Shown: positions 25,461-35,250 of the stretch, piece after piece | How the letters are laid out: the number at the start of each line of letters is the position of its first letter | Position numbering within the stretch: position 1 is the first letter of the stretch | Source of the DNA: Candidatus Gottesmanbacteria bacterium | GTDB lineage: Bacteria; Patescibacteriota; Microgenomatia; UBA10105; UBA927 | NCBI GenBank assembly: GCA_023245335.1 | Contig: JAHFKK010000003.1 | Location: 1 to 45,694, forward strand | DNA length: 45,694 nt | Direction: 5' to 3' | Notes under the pieces: model-generated | Databases searched by the model: none | What the model saw: only the letters and a program-made list of their open reading frames with translations | Told to the model about the DNA's origin: nothing | Program-made: the position numbers and the translations under genes

Positions 25461-27170
25461 CTATTCCACCTCAATATCCGTTCCTATCGCATCGATATTC
25501 ATCGGGAACGGGTCGGATTGACGAATGAACACGGTTTTCTCGGTTGATGCGCTGTTGGCCCCCTCGCGGCGAGAGAGGTTCACCACGGGCCCGTCCGTGA
25601 AAGCATTGTTGTTGAACATGGGCGTAAGATAGGTACTGTCGGGGCCGTAACTGCCACCGGCACTTGTGCGACAACGGAGCTGCACATTCGTAATTCGTTT
25701 GGTCTTGAACATCTTGTCACCGCTCGGAAGCTCCGGGGATACCGGCATGGTTTCCAGGTCGGAGACATAGGCCAGACCTGCCCGCGCTTTAATGGACGAT
25801 GGAATCGTAATGCTGTTGTTGGCTACGGTGGCGTTCCCCGCCACACCCCCGGCAACATACTGCACCACTTCATTGTTCAGGTGCGGCAACGGGATGGAAG
25901 TGAAAGCGTTATTGTTGCTTGCCAGAATATGAGAATCCATGAAATCGGAATCGTTCCAGGCTTTGGTGGAAAACGACGCCATGCGCTCGATGTAGGTACA
26001 GACGTTGCCGTTGATGGTGCGATTGATAGCCGCCCACAACTCGGTTTCGTAGGTGCCGGGGATGGTCGCAACCGATATCACAGTGCCACTCGTATGCCTT
26101 GACCAAGCGACTACCTTGTGCTCCTGCATGTAAGTCAGCGCAAGCAGCGCCCCATCGTTCCGCAGACACCAAAGAATCTCGAATGGGTTCTGCTGGTAGG
26201 CAAGTTGGGTAATAAGTTTACCGTCGAACAGGTGGTCAGACAGAACAGACAACTCACCGCTCTTGTAATCTCCCAACTCGTTCGGGCTTAGTTCCCGCAT
26301 CTTGGTGGCCGGGTGCCCGGCGTGGATGATGGTGTCGCCGAGCTTTGCGGGCATGGGTTCGGACGTGCCGAAATACGAAAGCTTATCGGCTCGCTTGTTC
26401 GTCGGAGACAGGGCCGCAGTGCTCCCGGTTGCCGCCGCAATCGACCAAGCCCCGGAATCAGCACCGACCAACAGCGCCTTTGCACTTGCCAGCCAGAAAA
26501 TGATATCGCTGGTTCCCGACAACAGGTTCAGAGCCAAGCCGTCGCTGTCGTTGGTTCCGGTCGTCATGTTGTTGTACGACCCGACGTTGCTCAGCCAGAG
26601 CCTTGATGGGAACGCCGTGGATGATGCGAAACATAGCCGGTCCTGATAAAATGCGCAGGTGCGGGGATAGCCGTTATTGTTGCCCCATTCTGAAGGGGCA
26701 TTGTTGAAGCTAACGTTCCCGACCGTCCAGTTGTTGTGCGCGGTGCGTGTAATCTGTCGCGGAAAATAGTTCTGGTGCGTAACGAAAAGCGTGTCATAGC
26801 TCTGCGTGTATTGGAGATACGGTAAGTCTGCTGCCAGAAACGGGGTGGCCAACTCATAAGGGTTGTTGTTGGCGTCCAGAACGATACCACCATCCTTGAA
26901 CACCCGCATGGTGCCATTCTGATGCTCCAACATATACGCCTGCGTTTGAGAAAACTGGAAAGGTACAAGGCGTGTCGTGACGTTGTTGCTCTTGGCGCTG
27001 GTGATATACTCAAAGCCCGGACGACGCTGGACACCGCCTTGAGGGAGAGGCACAAAATTCAGCATGGTCTTGCAGCCGCTCTTGTGCTTGTCGATGTCCG
27101 TGCGAGCGTAGACCTTGGGAGACAGTTCGCCTGCATTGAACACGTTTTTGACTGTGCTGATCGTGCCCAC
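25461..27170 (-). CDS. Tail tubular protein B / nozzle
   Basis: FNAGELSP, PQGGVQRRPG, GYPRTCAFYQDRL, AWSRH, YIERM. Confidence 0.88.
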   Translation of the reverse strand: MGTISTVKNVFNAGELSPKVYARTDIDKHKSGCKTMLNFVPLPQGGVQRRPGFEYITSAKSNNVTTRLVPFQFSQTQAYMLEHQNGTMRVFKDGGIVLDANNNPYELATPFLAADLPYLQYTQSYDTLFVTHQNYFPRQITRTAHNNWTVGNVSFNNAPSEWGNNNGYPRTCAFYQDRLCFASSTAFPSRLWLSNVGSYNNMTTGTNDSDGLALNLLSGTSDIIFWLASAKALLVGADSGAWSIAAATGSTAALSPTNKRADKLSYFGTSEPMPAKLGDTIIHAGHPATKMRELSPNELGDYKSGELSVLSDHLFDGKLITQLAYQQNPFEILWCLRNDGALLALTYMQEHKVVAWSRHTSGTVISVATIPGTYETELWAAINRTINGNVCTYIERMASFSTKAWNDSDFMDSHILASNNNAFTSIPLPHLNNEVVQYVAGGVAGNATVANNSITIPSSIKARAGLAYVSDLETMPVSPELPSGDKMFKTKRITNVQLRCRTSAGGSYGPDSTYLTPMFNNNAFTDGPVVNLSRREGANSASTEKTVFIRQSDPFPMNIDAIGTDIEVE

Positions 27171-28079
27171 TTATTCCCATCCTCCGGCACTCAGAGTAGG
27201 TGAAGTGTCACGAACGATATGCGCCACGTCCAACTGCGCCCCGTCGTTCTTCTTGCCCTCGGACAACACCTGCGCGTACCAGGCCGCCATGTCTTTCATG
27301 GAAGACGACTGCTTCTGCAACGGGGCGGCAAGCTCCATCGCAATCCGTGCGGCCCAGGCGCGAGCGAAGTGGTTAGGCATTTCAGAAACCAGGGTCACGT
27401 TAGCCACATACTGCAAAACGGCAAACTGCACCGGGCACAGAATCCTTCGACTGTTGCCGCTTCCCACAACTTCCCACTGAGATCCGGGAGGGACAAGCGA
27501 AATCGGTCTAAGCATATCGTCGGGAGCCTCGTAAACATACCCGTTTTGGTAGTCTGAAATGGCCTCGAACCGTATTACCTGCCCCCCGGACGTGTAGGCG
27601 TCGAACTTCCGCCCATCCAACTGGTAGCACTCGAAAGTATTGGCGTCCTTATTCGCCACACGGACGATCATCCCGTTTATCTGCGTCATGCCTGAAACGA
27701 TGTCGACTTTAACCAGCCAGCCGTTTTCGAACCCATGGGAAGCCGCCGTAACAACCACCGGGTCGGCTGCGGTGATACCCGTAATCGCCACGGCATCGGC
27801 AAGGGCTTCATCGGTCCCGGCCGCCAGGTTCAACTGCACCTCGCGTTGGGCAAACTGCCATGAGTGGTCTTCCATGACCGCCATGCGCGCCGTGTCATAA
27901 ACCACGTTGCAGAGAACCTCTTCCTTTGTGCTGCCCGTGGTAATGGTCGCCACATCGGAAAGCGAATCAGGGTCGGCCCCCAGCCATGTCATGGCAAGTT
28001 TGCAAACCGCCAGTTCAGTCGAAAGTCCAGAACCGGCCGCTGTGATAATCCCCGCACTGGAAGCCCAATACACCGGCAT
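27171..28079 (-). CDS. Tail tubular protein A with an inserted E1-FCCH-like domain
   Basis: VCKLAMTWLG, HSWQFA, YEAPDDMLR, AARIAMELA; insert ITGITAADPVVVT..HG...GMTQING...AYTSGG. Confidence 0.82.
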   Translation of the reverse strand: MPVYWASSAGIITAAGSGLSTELAVCKLAMTWLGADPDSLSDVATITTGSTKEEVLCNVVYDTARMAVMEDHSWQFAQREVQLNLAAGTDEALADAVAITGITAADPVVVTAASHGFENGWLVKVDIVSGMTQINGMIVRVANKDANTFECYQLDGRKFDAYTSGGQVIRFEAISDYQNGYVYEAPDDMLRPISLVPPGSQWEVVGSGNSRRILCPVQFAVLQYVANVTLVSEMPNHFARAWAARIAMELAAPLQKQSSSMKDMAAWYAQVLSEGKKNDGAQLDVAHIVRDTSPTLSAGGWE

Positions 28080-28090
28080 GTTGAAAACTC

Positions 28091-29611
28091 CTAAATGTTA
28101 TTAGTAATGATCCTGGTTGACGAGGTGGAACCCATGTTATTTGTAGAGGCCGAATCACCGTCCACGAAATCGTTCCCTGTGATTATGATATTGGTAGAGT
28201 TCAGGGCGTTTGAAATACCGTACTTGTGCTGGCTGCCGATGCGGTTATTGGTGATATTTACATGGTCGTGCGCGAGGCTGTTCAACTCAATACCGGCGTA
28301 GGTATTGGCGTTCTTGAGACCACCTCTAAGGCTTTGGCAGCCTTGAATCAAAAGGTTGGTGACTACTGCATTAAAGTTAGCAAATCTCTGCCGTAAGTCA
28401 CGGGCCGAAACATTTCTGAGTTCTATCCCGTCAATTCCTCCCGAACCTGAATTTTCCACTAAAATACCGTCCGTGTCACCGCTTCCAACCGTGTCGTATA
28501 TCTTCAGCCCATTTACATAAACCCCGTTGATAACGGCCGTCCCGCTGATGTTTATTCTGAGAGCCGCCACAAGCGGACGGTCGAACGCACACCCGTTCAG
28601 GAAGATGTTGGCAACCGAGCCTGCCGCATGCACAATCTCAAATGAATTGTCGTGTGTCTCGATGGTGGTTTCCGAATCCAGCCACAAGCCGTCGAATGCG
28701 TAGGGAAGCTTTATCCCCCGAGTATTATTACCGGCTGTCCCGTTGATTCTGCAATGCTCAAGAAAGAGGGACGCCTGATTGGTGCAGATGATTCCGTCCC
28801 CGGTGCCTTGACCATGAAAGTTTCTGAGAGTACAGTCTGACGTTTCCAGGGGATATGCCGCCGACCCGTAGGCCAACAGGTTGAACGCCGCCGATACCGA
28901 AACATTTTCCAAGCAACATCTTGCGAGATTGCGACCGAAAGCGAACGTATTCCCAGCGTTTCTTGTTCCTATATGGACAATCCCCATGCCACGCATTCCG
29001 GTATCTTCGACAAGGGAAGCGGTCCCGCCAAAAGTGACAATGGCATCTGTATTGAACGTCGGGCAAAGGATCGCAGATTTTGGGCCGTCTCCCACGAGCA
29101 CAACACCGCTTTTCTCAATCGTAAGCCCTGAGTCGATCCGATATCCGGCGACCGATTTAGGGAAGTAGACAAATCCGCAGTTGGCGGCTTCTGCCGCGTC
29201 TATGGCCGCCTGAATAGCCGCCTGGTCGTTGGTGTTGCTCGGGCCGTCGCCCACGGCCCCGAAATCAGTTACCGAAAATATCTCCTTCGACTTTGCAAGC
29301 ATTGTGCGAGAGACAGCCCCGGTCCCAGCCTGAACGAACGAAATGGCGCCCGAGGTGGCGGTTGTTCCGAACACCCCCCCAAACGACATAAGAATCCAGC
29401 GCTTGTCGCCCGCGTTGCTGTCGGGTGAAATGACGGCCGGTGAGCTTTCCGCAGCAGCACTCGTAGCGTTGCAGCGGTAGACGAACACTCCGGTATTGGT
29501 CGTGACCACCGCCCAATCGCCGTCTTTAATCAGCGATCCATCCAGCGAATCGAGAGCACCGTCACCGCCGCCGGTGAGCAAAATGTAGGGATAGGCGTAA
29601 TAATTAGTCAT
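28091..29611 (-). CDS. Tailspike with a pectate-lyase-like beta-helix
   Basis: SVTDFGAVGDG..NDQAAIQAAIDA..VYFP; Asn-ladder repeats. Confidence 0.82.
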   Translation of the reverse strand: MTNYYAYPYILLTGGGDGALDSLDGSLIKDGDWAVVTTNTGVFVYRCNATSAAAESSPAVISPDSNAGDKRWILMSFGGVFGTTATSGAISFVQAGTGAVSRTMLAKSKEIFSVTDFGAVGDGPSNTNDQAAIQAAIDAAEAANCGFVYFPKSVAGYRIDSGLTIEKSGVVLVGDGPKSAILCPTFNTDAIVTFGGTASLVEDTGMRGMGIVHIGTRNAGNTFAFGRNLARCCLENVSVSAAFNLLAYGSAAYPLETSDCTLRNFHGQGTGDGIICTNQASLFLEHCRINGTAGNNTRGIKLPYAFDGLWLDSETTIETHDNSFEIVHAAGSVANIFLNGCAFDRPLVAALRINISGTAVINGVYVNGLKIYDTVGSGDTDGILVENSGSGGIDGIELRNVSARDLRQRFANFNAVVTNLLIQGCQSLRGGLKNANTYAGIELNSLAHDHVNITNNRIGSQHKYGISNALNSTNIIITGNDFVDGDSASTNNMGSTSSTRIITNNI

Positions 29612-29623
29612 AATTTCATCCCG

Positions 29624-29986
29624 TTAGGCTTCCTTGGCCGGGCGCCCCGGTCCACGTTTTTCGGTGCGTACCTCGGCGTTCTCGCGTTGTTTGAGTGCCG
29701 CCCAAATCCGCTTGCGGTTCCAGTCCTTCGGGATGTCTCCCATGAACTTCGACAAGCCTTCGACCAACATTGCCGTGGTGCGCGGGTCGTCGGCCGCAGA
29801 GTAGATCGTGCGTGACGCCTTAACCTGCGTCCGCATGAAGTCTTCATAGTCCTCAGCCGCGATAAAATACTCGGGTTGCGGAACGTATCCGCTATCCAGC
29901 CAAAGCACCGGGAAGAACTCGCCTTTCTTGAAGCGCTTATTGTAGGCGAAACACTCCTTGAAACATCTGAACTTCTTCGTAGCCAT
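29624..29986 (-). CDS. Hypothetical virion-module protein
   Basis: ORF with AAGGAG RBS, C-terminal GPGRP. Confidence 0.6.
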   Translation of the reverse strand: MATKKFRCFKECFAYNKRFKKGEFFPVLWLDSGYVPQPEYFIAAEDYEDFMRTQVKASRTIYSAADDPRTTAMLVEGLSKFMGDIPKDWNRKRIWAALKQRENAEVRTEKRGPGRPAKEA

Positions 29987-30023
29987 CGGTGGCTCCTTTC
30001 AGGTAGGTGTGGGGTATTCCGTT

Positions 30024-30209
30024 TTAGGTGCCGTCCACTAAAGTTACCGTCAGCGTGTCGTTGCTGGCAAGCGTGGTGGCCGCCTTGTTAATGCAGATTT
30101 CGCCCTGCACGTTGTTGCTCGTAATGTCGTATCGATACATCAAATCCTTTTTGATGACCTTTTTCGGACCTGATTTCCGTTTGGTGGCGGTGACTGCATA
30201 ATTCGTCAT
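30024..30209 (-). CDS. Small hypothetical virion-module protein
   Basis: AAGGAG RBS; 61 aa. Confidence 0.55.
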   Translation of the reverse strand: MTNYAVTATKRKSGPKKVIKKDLMYRYDITSNNVQGEICINKAATTLASNDTLTVTLVDGT

Positions 30210-30262
30210 GGTTCACGCTCCTTGAGAGAGCCGGGAGGCTGTCACACCCCCCGGCGTTGAAG

Positions 30263-30700
30263 TTAATCGGTCAGAAGGCCCTTATCCGCCGTCAGGAAGG
30301 CGTTGACGTTACCGGCCGCGATGTTACCTGAACCGACCACCACCACCCCCAGGTAGGCCGCCCGCTTGGTGCCTACGGGAACCGGTGCACGATGAATGGT
30401 CCCGGCCGCCTCGTTCGCCGCGATGTTCACACTGACGAGGTTGTTACCTGAAGTCAGCGTGTTGGTGGAATGAGTCGCCAGATAAACAACGGCCGACATG
30501 GCCGCCGTAAGCGCCGTGGTGACTTCCACCACGAAGGTGGAGCCTCCGATTTCGGCTGCGGTGTTCGCGTTGTTGCCGGGGAAGCACAGTTTGTTGGTTG
30601 CCGCGTTCGCCTTGTAGTTGGTCGTTCCGCGGGTCAGGGTGTTGTTGTTGCCGATGATGCTGGTCGCATCGCAAAACTCAAGTTCGTATTGAACAGTCAT
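30263..30700 (-). CDS. Capsid cement/decoration protein (BPP-1 Bbp16-like), Asn-rich
   Basis: Follows the major capsid gene; VEVTTAL...YLGV.V.GSGNIAAGNVNAFL; start MTVQYEL. Confidence 0.7.
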   Translation of the reverse strand: MTVQYELEFCDATSIIGNNNTLTRGTTNYKANAATNKLCFPGNNANTAAEIGGSTFVVEVTTALTAAMSAVVYLATHSTNTLTSGNNLVSVNIAANEAAGTIHRAPVPVGTKRAAYLGVVVVGSGNIAAGNVNAFLTADKGLLTD

Positions 30701-30735
30701 GCTTTTATCTCCTTCGCCCAAAGGGCGGTTGTCAG

Positions 30736-31701
30736 TTAGGCAATCACAGTCTCGGTGTCGAGGATCTGTTCGACCTTCCGCACCGGAACCCCCTGGAAAC
30801 GCAGCACCGGGCCGCCACCATCCAAACCTTGGTCGCGGGTGAAGTACACGTTGGTCTTGTCCTTCAGCCGGATCTGCATTTGGGTCATCATGTTGATGGA
30901 GGCGTAAATCCGGGAACCTTCGTTAATCACCATGCGGTTGAGGAGCCGGATAAGCTCGTCCTCGTCAAACGTGGTCGTGGTGCCCGTGGGCTCAAGGTTC
31001 GCGTAACGGCCGATGCAGCGGGTGTTCTTGACCACCATTCCGGCTCTCCACACAAACCGGTCCACATAGGCCCGGAACTTGTTGTTAGAATCGTCGAGTG
31101 CGTCCTGGATGCCCAGGTCTTCATGCTGCAATCCGCCCGTGGTATTGCGCGGGTAGGCCATGAACACGCTGTTCACCCCCCAGGTGACGATATAAATCGA
31201 GGTAAGCGTGGTGGAACCTCCCCCGCCGATCACGTTCTCGCCGGCAGCAAGTCCGTCCATGCGCGGGGCAAGTCCGGTGAACTCCTCGGGAGCGGTTGCC
31301 GCATTGCCATACAGCATGGTCGCGGCCATTTCCTGGGACAAACCTTCGATAATGGAGCTCGCTTCGTCCATGCGGGCCTGCTGAGGGTTGGAAAAGGCGT
31401 TGATGATCTCAACATCGTTCTCGGCGCGGTTTTCAAGGATGCCGATGGTGTCGATCAGCTCCACGGTATCACTCGACTGGGGAGCTACACCGCGATTGAG
31501 CTTGCGCCAGGTGCCGGAAGGAAGCGAGGACCGGCGCACAGTTTTGTTGCTGAAAATGTCGTTGCCTTCCTTCCAGACTGCATCGGTAACGATATCGTTG
31601 TTTTGGGTCAAAACCTCAGCGATGGTCGCCAGGTTTCCGTTGGGGTCGTGGCGCTTGACCACTTCGACCAGGGACATTCTGCTGTCAGTGACATCTCCCA
31701 T
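30736..31701 (-). CDS. Major capsid protein (BPP-1 Bbp17-like)
   Basis: IAEVLTQNNDIV.DA.W.EGN, LPSGTWRKLNRGV, EEFTGLAPR, TSIYIVTWG, FQGVPVRKVEQILDTE. Confidence 0.92.
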   Translation of the reverse strand: MGDVTDSRMSLVEVVKRHDPNGNLATIAEVLTQNNDIVTDAVWKEGNDIFSNKTVRRSSLPSGTWRKLNRGVAPQSSDTVELIDTIGILENRAENDVEIINAFSNPQQARMDEASSIIEGLSQEMAATMLYGNAATAPEEFTGLAPRMDGLAAGENVIGGGGSTTLTSIYIVTWGVNSVFMAYPRNTTGGLQHEDLGIQDALDDSNNKFRAYVDRFVWRAGMVVKNTRCIGRYANLEPTGTTTTFDEDELIRLLNRMVINEGSRIYASINMMTQMQIRLKDKTNVYFTRDQGLDGGGPVLRFQGVPVRKVEQILDTETVIA

Positions 31702-31713
31702 TTAGAAATCTCC

Positions 31714-32379
31714 TTATGCGTGAGACGGGCCGGGAGTCGTCTTAGAATAATCGAGTATCGGACGGCCATCAACTCCATGAGGCCGCGAATCCGCTCCCGC
31801 GCCGCTTCCGCTCTTTAACGTGTCTTCAGTTAGTTTTTCCGCTATTTTGAACAGGCCACGAATCACCGCCGGGTTGTTTCTGATTGCGTCGTTCGTGAAA
31901 GCGTCCTTGCCGAAAAACTGCTCGGCCGCCCTGTTCACCTTTGCCAGATTCGCGTCGAACTTCTGAGGCCCCCACTCCTTAACGAACTCGGCCTTGACAC
32001 TTTCGGCTTTGGCAGCCACTTCCTGCGCCATGCGGGCGTACTCCGAGAGGGCGTGCTTTTGCATCCCCTCGAACTGCGCCTGCGTCAGCCCCAGGCTTTT
32101 GGCGGCCTCCTTCTCAAGCTTCAAAGCGGCTTCGTCCAGCGGGAAATCCTTGGGAAACTCGAAGCTATAGTCGTCGGCTTTCGCCGGAACTACCGGAATT
32201 TTGGAAATCGTGTCGGCATAGGATTTGCCCAGCGCCGCAACGTCGAAAGACTTATCCTGTTTGAAAAACGGCTTGTAGCTTTCCATCTCGGACCACTCCG
32301 CGGGAGGAGTGAATCCGGGTTGCGCCGTCGCGCTCTCCGTGCCGCTCACCACCGACGTGGCGCTTGCGTTATCTGCCAT
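31714..32379 (-). CDS. Capsid scaffolding protein
   Basis: AKSLGLTQAQ, EWG..FDANL, NNPAVIRGLFKIA; directly upstream of the capsid gene. Confidence 0.8.
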   Translation of the reverse strand: MADNASATSVVSGTESATAQPGFTPPAEWSEMESYKPFFKQDKSFDVAALGKSYADTISKIPVVPAKADDYSFEFPKDFPLDEAALKLEKEAAKSLGLTQAQFEGMQKHALSEYARMAQEVAAKAESVKAEFVKEWGPQKFDANLAKVNRAAEQFFGKDAFTNDAIRNNPAVIRGLFKIAEKLTEDTLKSGSGAGADSRPHGVDGRPILDYSKTTPGPSHA

Positions 32380-32692
32380 GGTTCAGTATCCTTTGCTTTT
32401 CGGAGTTTCTGACCGCTTCGGCTTGCCGCCGCTTGCGGTCAAGTTGAGCATGGGCGATATCGGCATCGGCCATGCAAATCTGGTTGAAGACAAACCGGCC
32501 AAGCTCGAACTTCCCAAGCTGCCGTTCGGTTTCAAGGGTGCTTCGCCAGAAACCTGAGATTTCAAGTAGCCATTCGAGCACGTCTTGGCCCTCGGGCGTT
32601 CCGAACACCCGGCACAGAGAGGCATAATGCGCTTCCTCTTTGAGCAACCCTGCGCGTTGGGCTTCAAGGCGCTTTTCGTCATCGTCAATCAC
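32369..32692 (-). CDS. Conserved head-module protein (BPP-1 Bbp19-like)
   Basis: VFGTPEGQDVLEWL motif between portal and scaffold. Confidence 0.75.
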   Translation of the reverse strand: MIDDDEKRLEAQRAGLLKEEAHYASLCRVFGTPEGQDVLEWLLEISGFWRSTLETERQLGKFELGRFVFNQICMADADIAHAQLDRKRRQAEAVRNSEKQRILNHGR

Positions 32693-34392
32693 GCGGTGCC
32701 TTCGCTTTCGGATTCGAGCTTATCCAAAGCAGTACCGTCGCCGGAGGGCGTTTTGCCAAGCTTCTGCATGTTGTCCACCCCCTGAGCCATGGCCATCTGC
32801 TGCTGCGCCTGCGCCTGCTGGTCGGCAATCTGCTTGCGTATAGCACCCACTTCGTCTTCGGTGCGCACCACCTTCGAGGGCATCGACACCATGTCGGCAG
32901 TTTCTTCCAGGTACTTGTCCCAGTTCGTCTTGGTGACACTACCTGGGTCCACCGCAGCCACGCGTTCGGCCAACCCGAGGTAGGACTGCATGGACTGTGC
33001 ACCGATGAGTTTTTGGGCCTGGGCGAGAAGACTTACGAAGTCTATTTTGTACTCGGCGTTAGCGAGTTCGGGCGGTGGAGGCGGTAGTTTGCCCTGTCGC
33101 GCGAGAATGGCGAACACGCGCTCCACGATCGGAGCTAAATGCTCGTATTCCAGACGCTCGATGGTAGGCCCGACCATGAGCATCTTTTCTTCCTTGCGGG
33201 CAATGACCTCGGTTGCCGTCATTTTCGCCGGGTCTTCCTGCGCTATCATCAGGAACAGTTCGTTGTGGAAGTTGCGGCGGATTTTACCCTCAATCGAGTC
33301 GATGTTCTCCCGATAAACCTGCATCGCGGCCGGAATGATCTGCACCATGGGCTGGATTTTGGCGTTGGGCTCGTCGTAAACGTTCTTTCCACCCGGAGAT
33401 AGGTCCAACATTCGGTCCTTCATGCTCGAAGGAAGTGCTAATGGAGGCTCAAGCATCTTATCCGACGCCATGAATGATTGTTTCTCCATGCGCTGAATGG
33501 CCTTGGCAAGCCCGATGGACTCCAGACCGGGCCCCCAGCCGTAGGCTTCATGCGACAGCGCCTGCCAACGCGGAGTGACTACCGGCATTTCGTCATAACC
33601 TTTATCGCTGAGGCGCTTGTCACCTTCCTTCATCTCGAAATAGACCGACACGAATGGCTTGTTGTCCATCTTGTCGGGGTTATACGCCGCATTAGGCTCA
33701 ATGACGTGCTGAACTTCAACCCACTCGTATGGGTTGGTCTCAAGCAGCCGCTTCACCTTGTCGGAGCAGGATTCTTTCCCGAATGACTGTAATATCTGGA
33801 CCGCCTGCATCTTAAAGCGTCGGTAAAAACAATGTGTTCGGCCATCCACCTTGACGGCAAAGCGGTAGTCGCCCACCGTGAAATAGTGGAATAACAATCC
33901 ATGCTCGGGCGAATCGTCCACCATCATCGACCCGGTGCCGAACCCGCCTATTTCCTCGTAAACGCTGTGGATGATAGTGTAGAAGTTGGACCGCTTGAAA
34001 GCCGCGTACATAACCTTTTCGCATGAGTCCAGCCAGCCTTTGAACGTGCTGAACGTGCCCAGGTCTTCGTCAACGAACCCAAGCTGGAACCACGGCCGCG
34101 CCGGTGAACTCAACCCTCCATGCAGCCCGGCGCCGAGCATGTGGAGCGCGTCGGTCGCCGTGTTGTTGATGACCTTGGAGGCCGCCCGCGACTTCTGGTT
34201 CTCGCGCTCGCCGTAGTCCGTGAATCGACCGCGCCCAAGTGCGATATAATCAGCCACTTCCTTGTAAGCCGCTTTCCAGGTGTCATACTGCGTATCAAGC
34301 TGCTTGAAATTGCGGCGATAGCGGTCGTTCGGGCTGGCAAATGCGTTGCCCCGGAACAGTTCGGCTTCTTCTGTGAGGTTGGATACTGGCAT
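32689..34392 (-). CDS. Portal (head-to-tail connector)
   Basis: GLSSPARPWF, SNFY, PRW..YGWGPG, MTATEV..RKEEK..GP, SLLAQAQK. Confidence 0.93.
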   Translation of the reverse strand: MPVSNLTEEAELFRGNAFASPNDRYRRNFKQLDTQYDTWKAAYKEVADYIALGRGRFTDYGERENQKSRAASKVINNTATDALHMLGAGLHGGLSSPARPWFQLGFVDEDLGTFSTFKGWLDSCEKVMYAAFKRSNFYTIIHSVYEEIGGFGTGSMMVDDSPEHGLLFHYFTVGDYRFAVKVDGRTHCFYRRFKMQAVQILQSFGKESCSDKVKRLLETNPYEWVEVQHVIEPNAAYNPDKMDNKPFVSVYFEMKEGDKRLSDKGYDEMPVVTPRWQALSHEAYGWGPGLESIGLAKAIQRMEKQSFMASDKMLEPPLALPSSMKDRMLDLSPGGKNVYDEPNAKIQPMVQIIPAAMQVYRENIDSIEGKIRRNFHNELFLMIAQEDPAKMTATEVIARKEEKMLMVGPTIERLEYEHLAPIVERVFAILARQGKLPPPPPELANAEYKIDFVSLLAQAQKLIGAQSMQSYLGLAERVAAVDPGSVTKTNWDKYLEETADMVSMPSKVVRTEDEVGAIRKQIADQQAQAQQQMAMAQGVDNMQKLGKTPSGDGTALDKLESESEGTA

Positions 34393-34395
34393 CGT

Positions 34396-34791
34396 CTACC
34401 CCAGCACCGAGCGACGCACATTCGCACCGCCCGATATCCCCAGGTACGAATTGAGAAGCGTCGATGGAGTCTGCGTTCCCTGTAGAGCAAGACGGCGCTT
34501 GCGCTCCTCCTCGGTCTCGGCCACCTTGCGGGCTGTCTCCTCGGCCGCTGCCGTCTCTGCCGCGTACTGAGACGCCGCTTGGTCGCGGGCTTTCTTGGCC
34601 TCCTCGGTAGCGTCCTTCTGAGCGATGTAGCCGCCCGTTACGAGGTTGCCAATGCCCTTGTGGATGTCCTCGTAGAGCTTGTTTCCCTGGTCCTGGGTGA
34701 TGGCGATGTCCACACCGGGCAGAAGCCCTCCAGTCCCAAGGAACGACTGAATTCCGCGCTTGCTGAATATCTTCTTGAATGAGAACCCCAT
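34396..34791 (-). CDS. Small virion protein upstream of the portal
   Basis: Start MGFSFKK; ERKRR...STLL...SVLG C-terminus typical of pre-portal genes. Confidence 0.7.
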   Translation of the reverse strand: MGFSFKKIFSKRGIQSFLGTGGLLPGVDIAITQDQGNKLYEDIHKGIGNLVTGGYIAQKDATEEAKKARDQAASQYAAETAAAEETARKVAETEEERKRRLALQGTQTPSTLLNSYLGISGGANVRRSVLG

Positions 34792-34807
34792 ATCATCCCC
34801 CTTAAAA

Positions 34808-34848
34808 TGAAAAACCCCGGACAACGGCAACTGCCGTCAACCGGGGCT
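34808..34848 (-). terminator. Long hairpin terminator between terL-linked genes and the head operon
   Basis: CCCCGG-TTGACGGCA/TGCCGTTGT-CCGGGG followed by a T run on the minus strand. Confidence 0.65.
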
Positions 34849-34900
34849 TCCTGATTCGGGAGTATCCCCTAAAAAACTTCTACACTATAAAAACCATGGG

Positions 34901-35113
34901 TTATGGATATTTTTTGAAAACGATAGATATTTCCTCGCCTTGTGTCATCATACCTTCACATATATCACAATCGCATGTTTTGCTATTTATTGGGTAGTCC
35001 TTGTCCAAACTCAATACGATTAATTTTTCTCCATCCTCGAAAACCTTTTTTTTAAACCTTACCCTACAATAATATTTAAGCCCTAAAAGAATTAACTTTA
35101 TCATCGCATCCAC
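34901..35113 (-). CDS. Hypothetical protein (AT-rich)
   Basis: ORF; start codon uncertain. Confidence 0.45.
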   Translation of the reverse strand: MDAMIKLILLGLKYYCRVRFKKKVFEDGEKLIVLSLDKDYPINSKTCDCDICEGMMTQGEEISIVFKKYP

Positions 35114-35249
35114 CCTCTTTCTCGGTCTTGATGCACTGCGTTAGGTTAATGTTGCTGATCCCGCCCCTGAACATATTCACCTGGACACTGCCGGTGCGCT
35201 TCTCCTGTATCCAAACTGCGAGGTGCTTGACGACTTCTTCCAGCGTCAT
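35076..35249 (-). CDS. Small hypothetical protein (57 aa, not in ORF track)
   Basis: MTLEEVVKHLAVWIQEKRTGSVQVNMFRGGISNINLTQCIK...; the G.V.VN...GGI pattern recalls DUF2292-type proteins. Confidence 0.55.
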   Translation of the reverse strand: MTLEEVVKHLAVWIQEKRTGSVQVNMFRGGISNINLTQCIKTEKEGGCDDKVNSFRA

Positions 35250-35250
35250 A

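Noticed and set aside
28091-29611. NN runs in the tailspike as glycosylation evidence
   Set aside because: Asn ladders are expected in beta-helices, so this protein was left out of the NN argument
9123-31701. Diversity-generating retroelement as in BPP-1
   Set aside because: No reverse transcriptase ORF and no TR/VR repeat pair noticed
30829-31818. Long plus-strand ORFs (329 aa here; also 156-812, 12177-12941, 16057-17339, 35772-36500)
   Set aside because: Antisense shadows of well-supported minus-strand genes; no motifs or RBS
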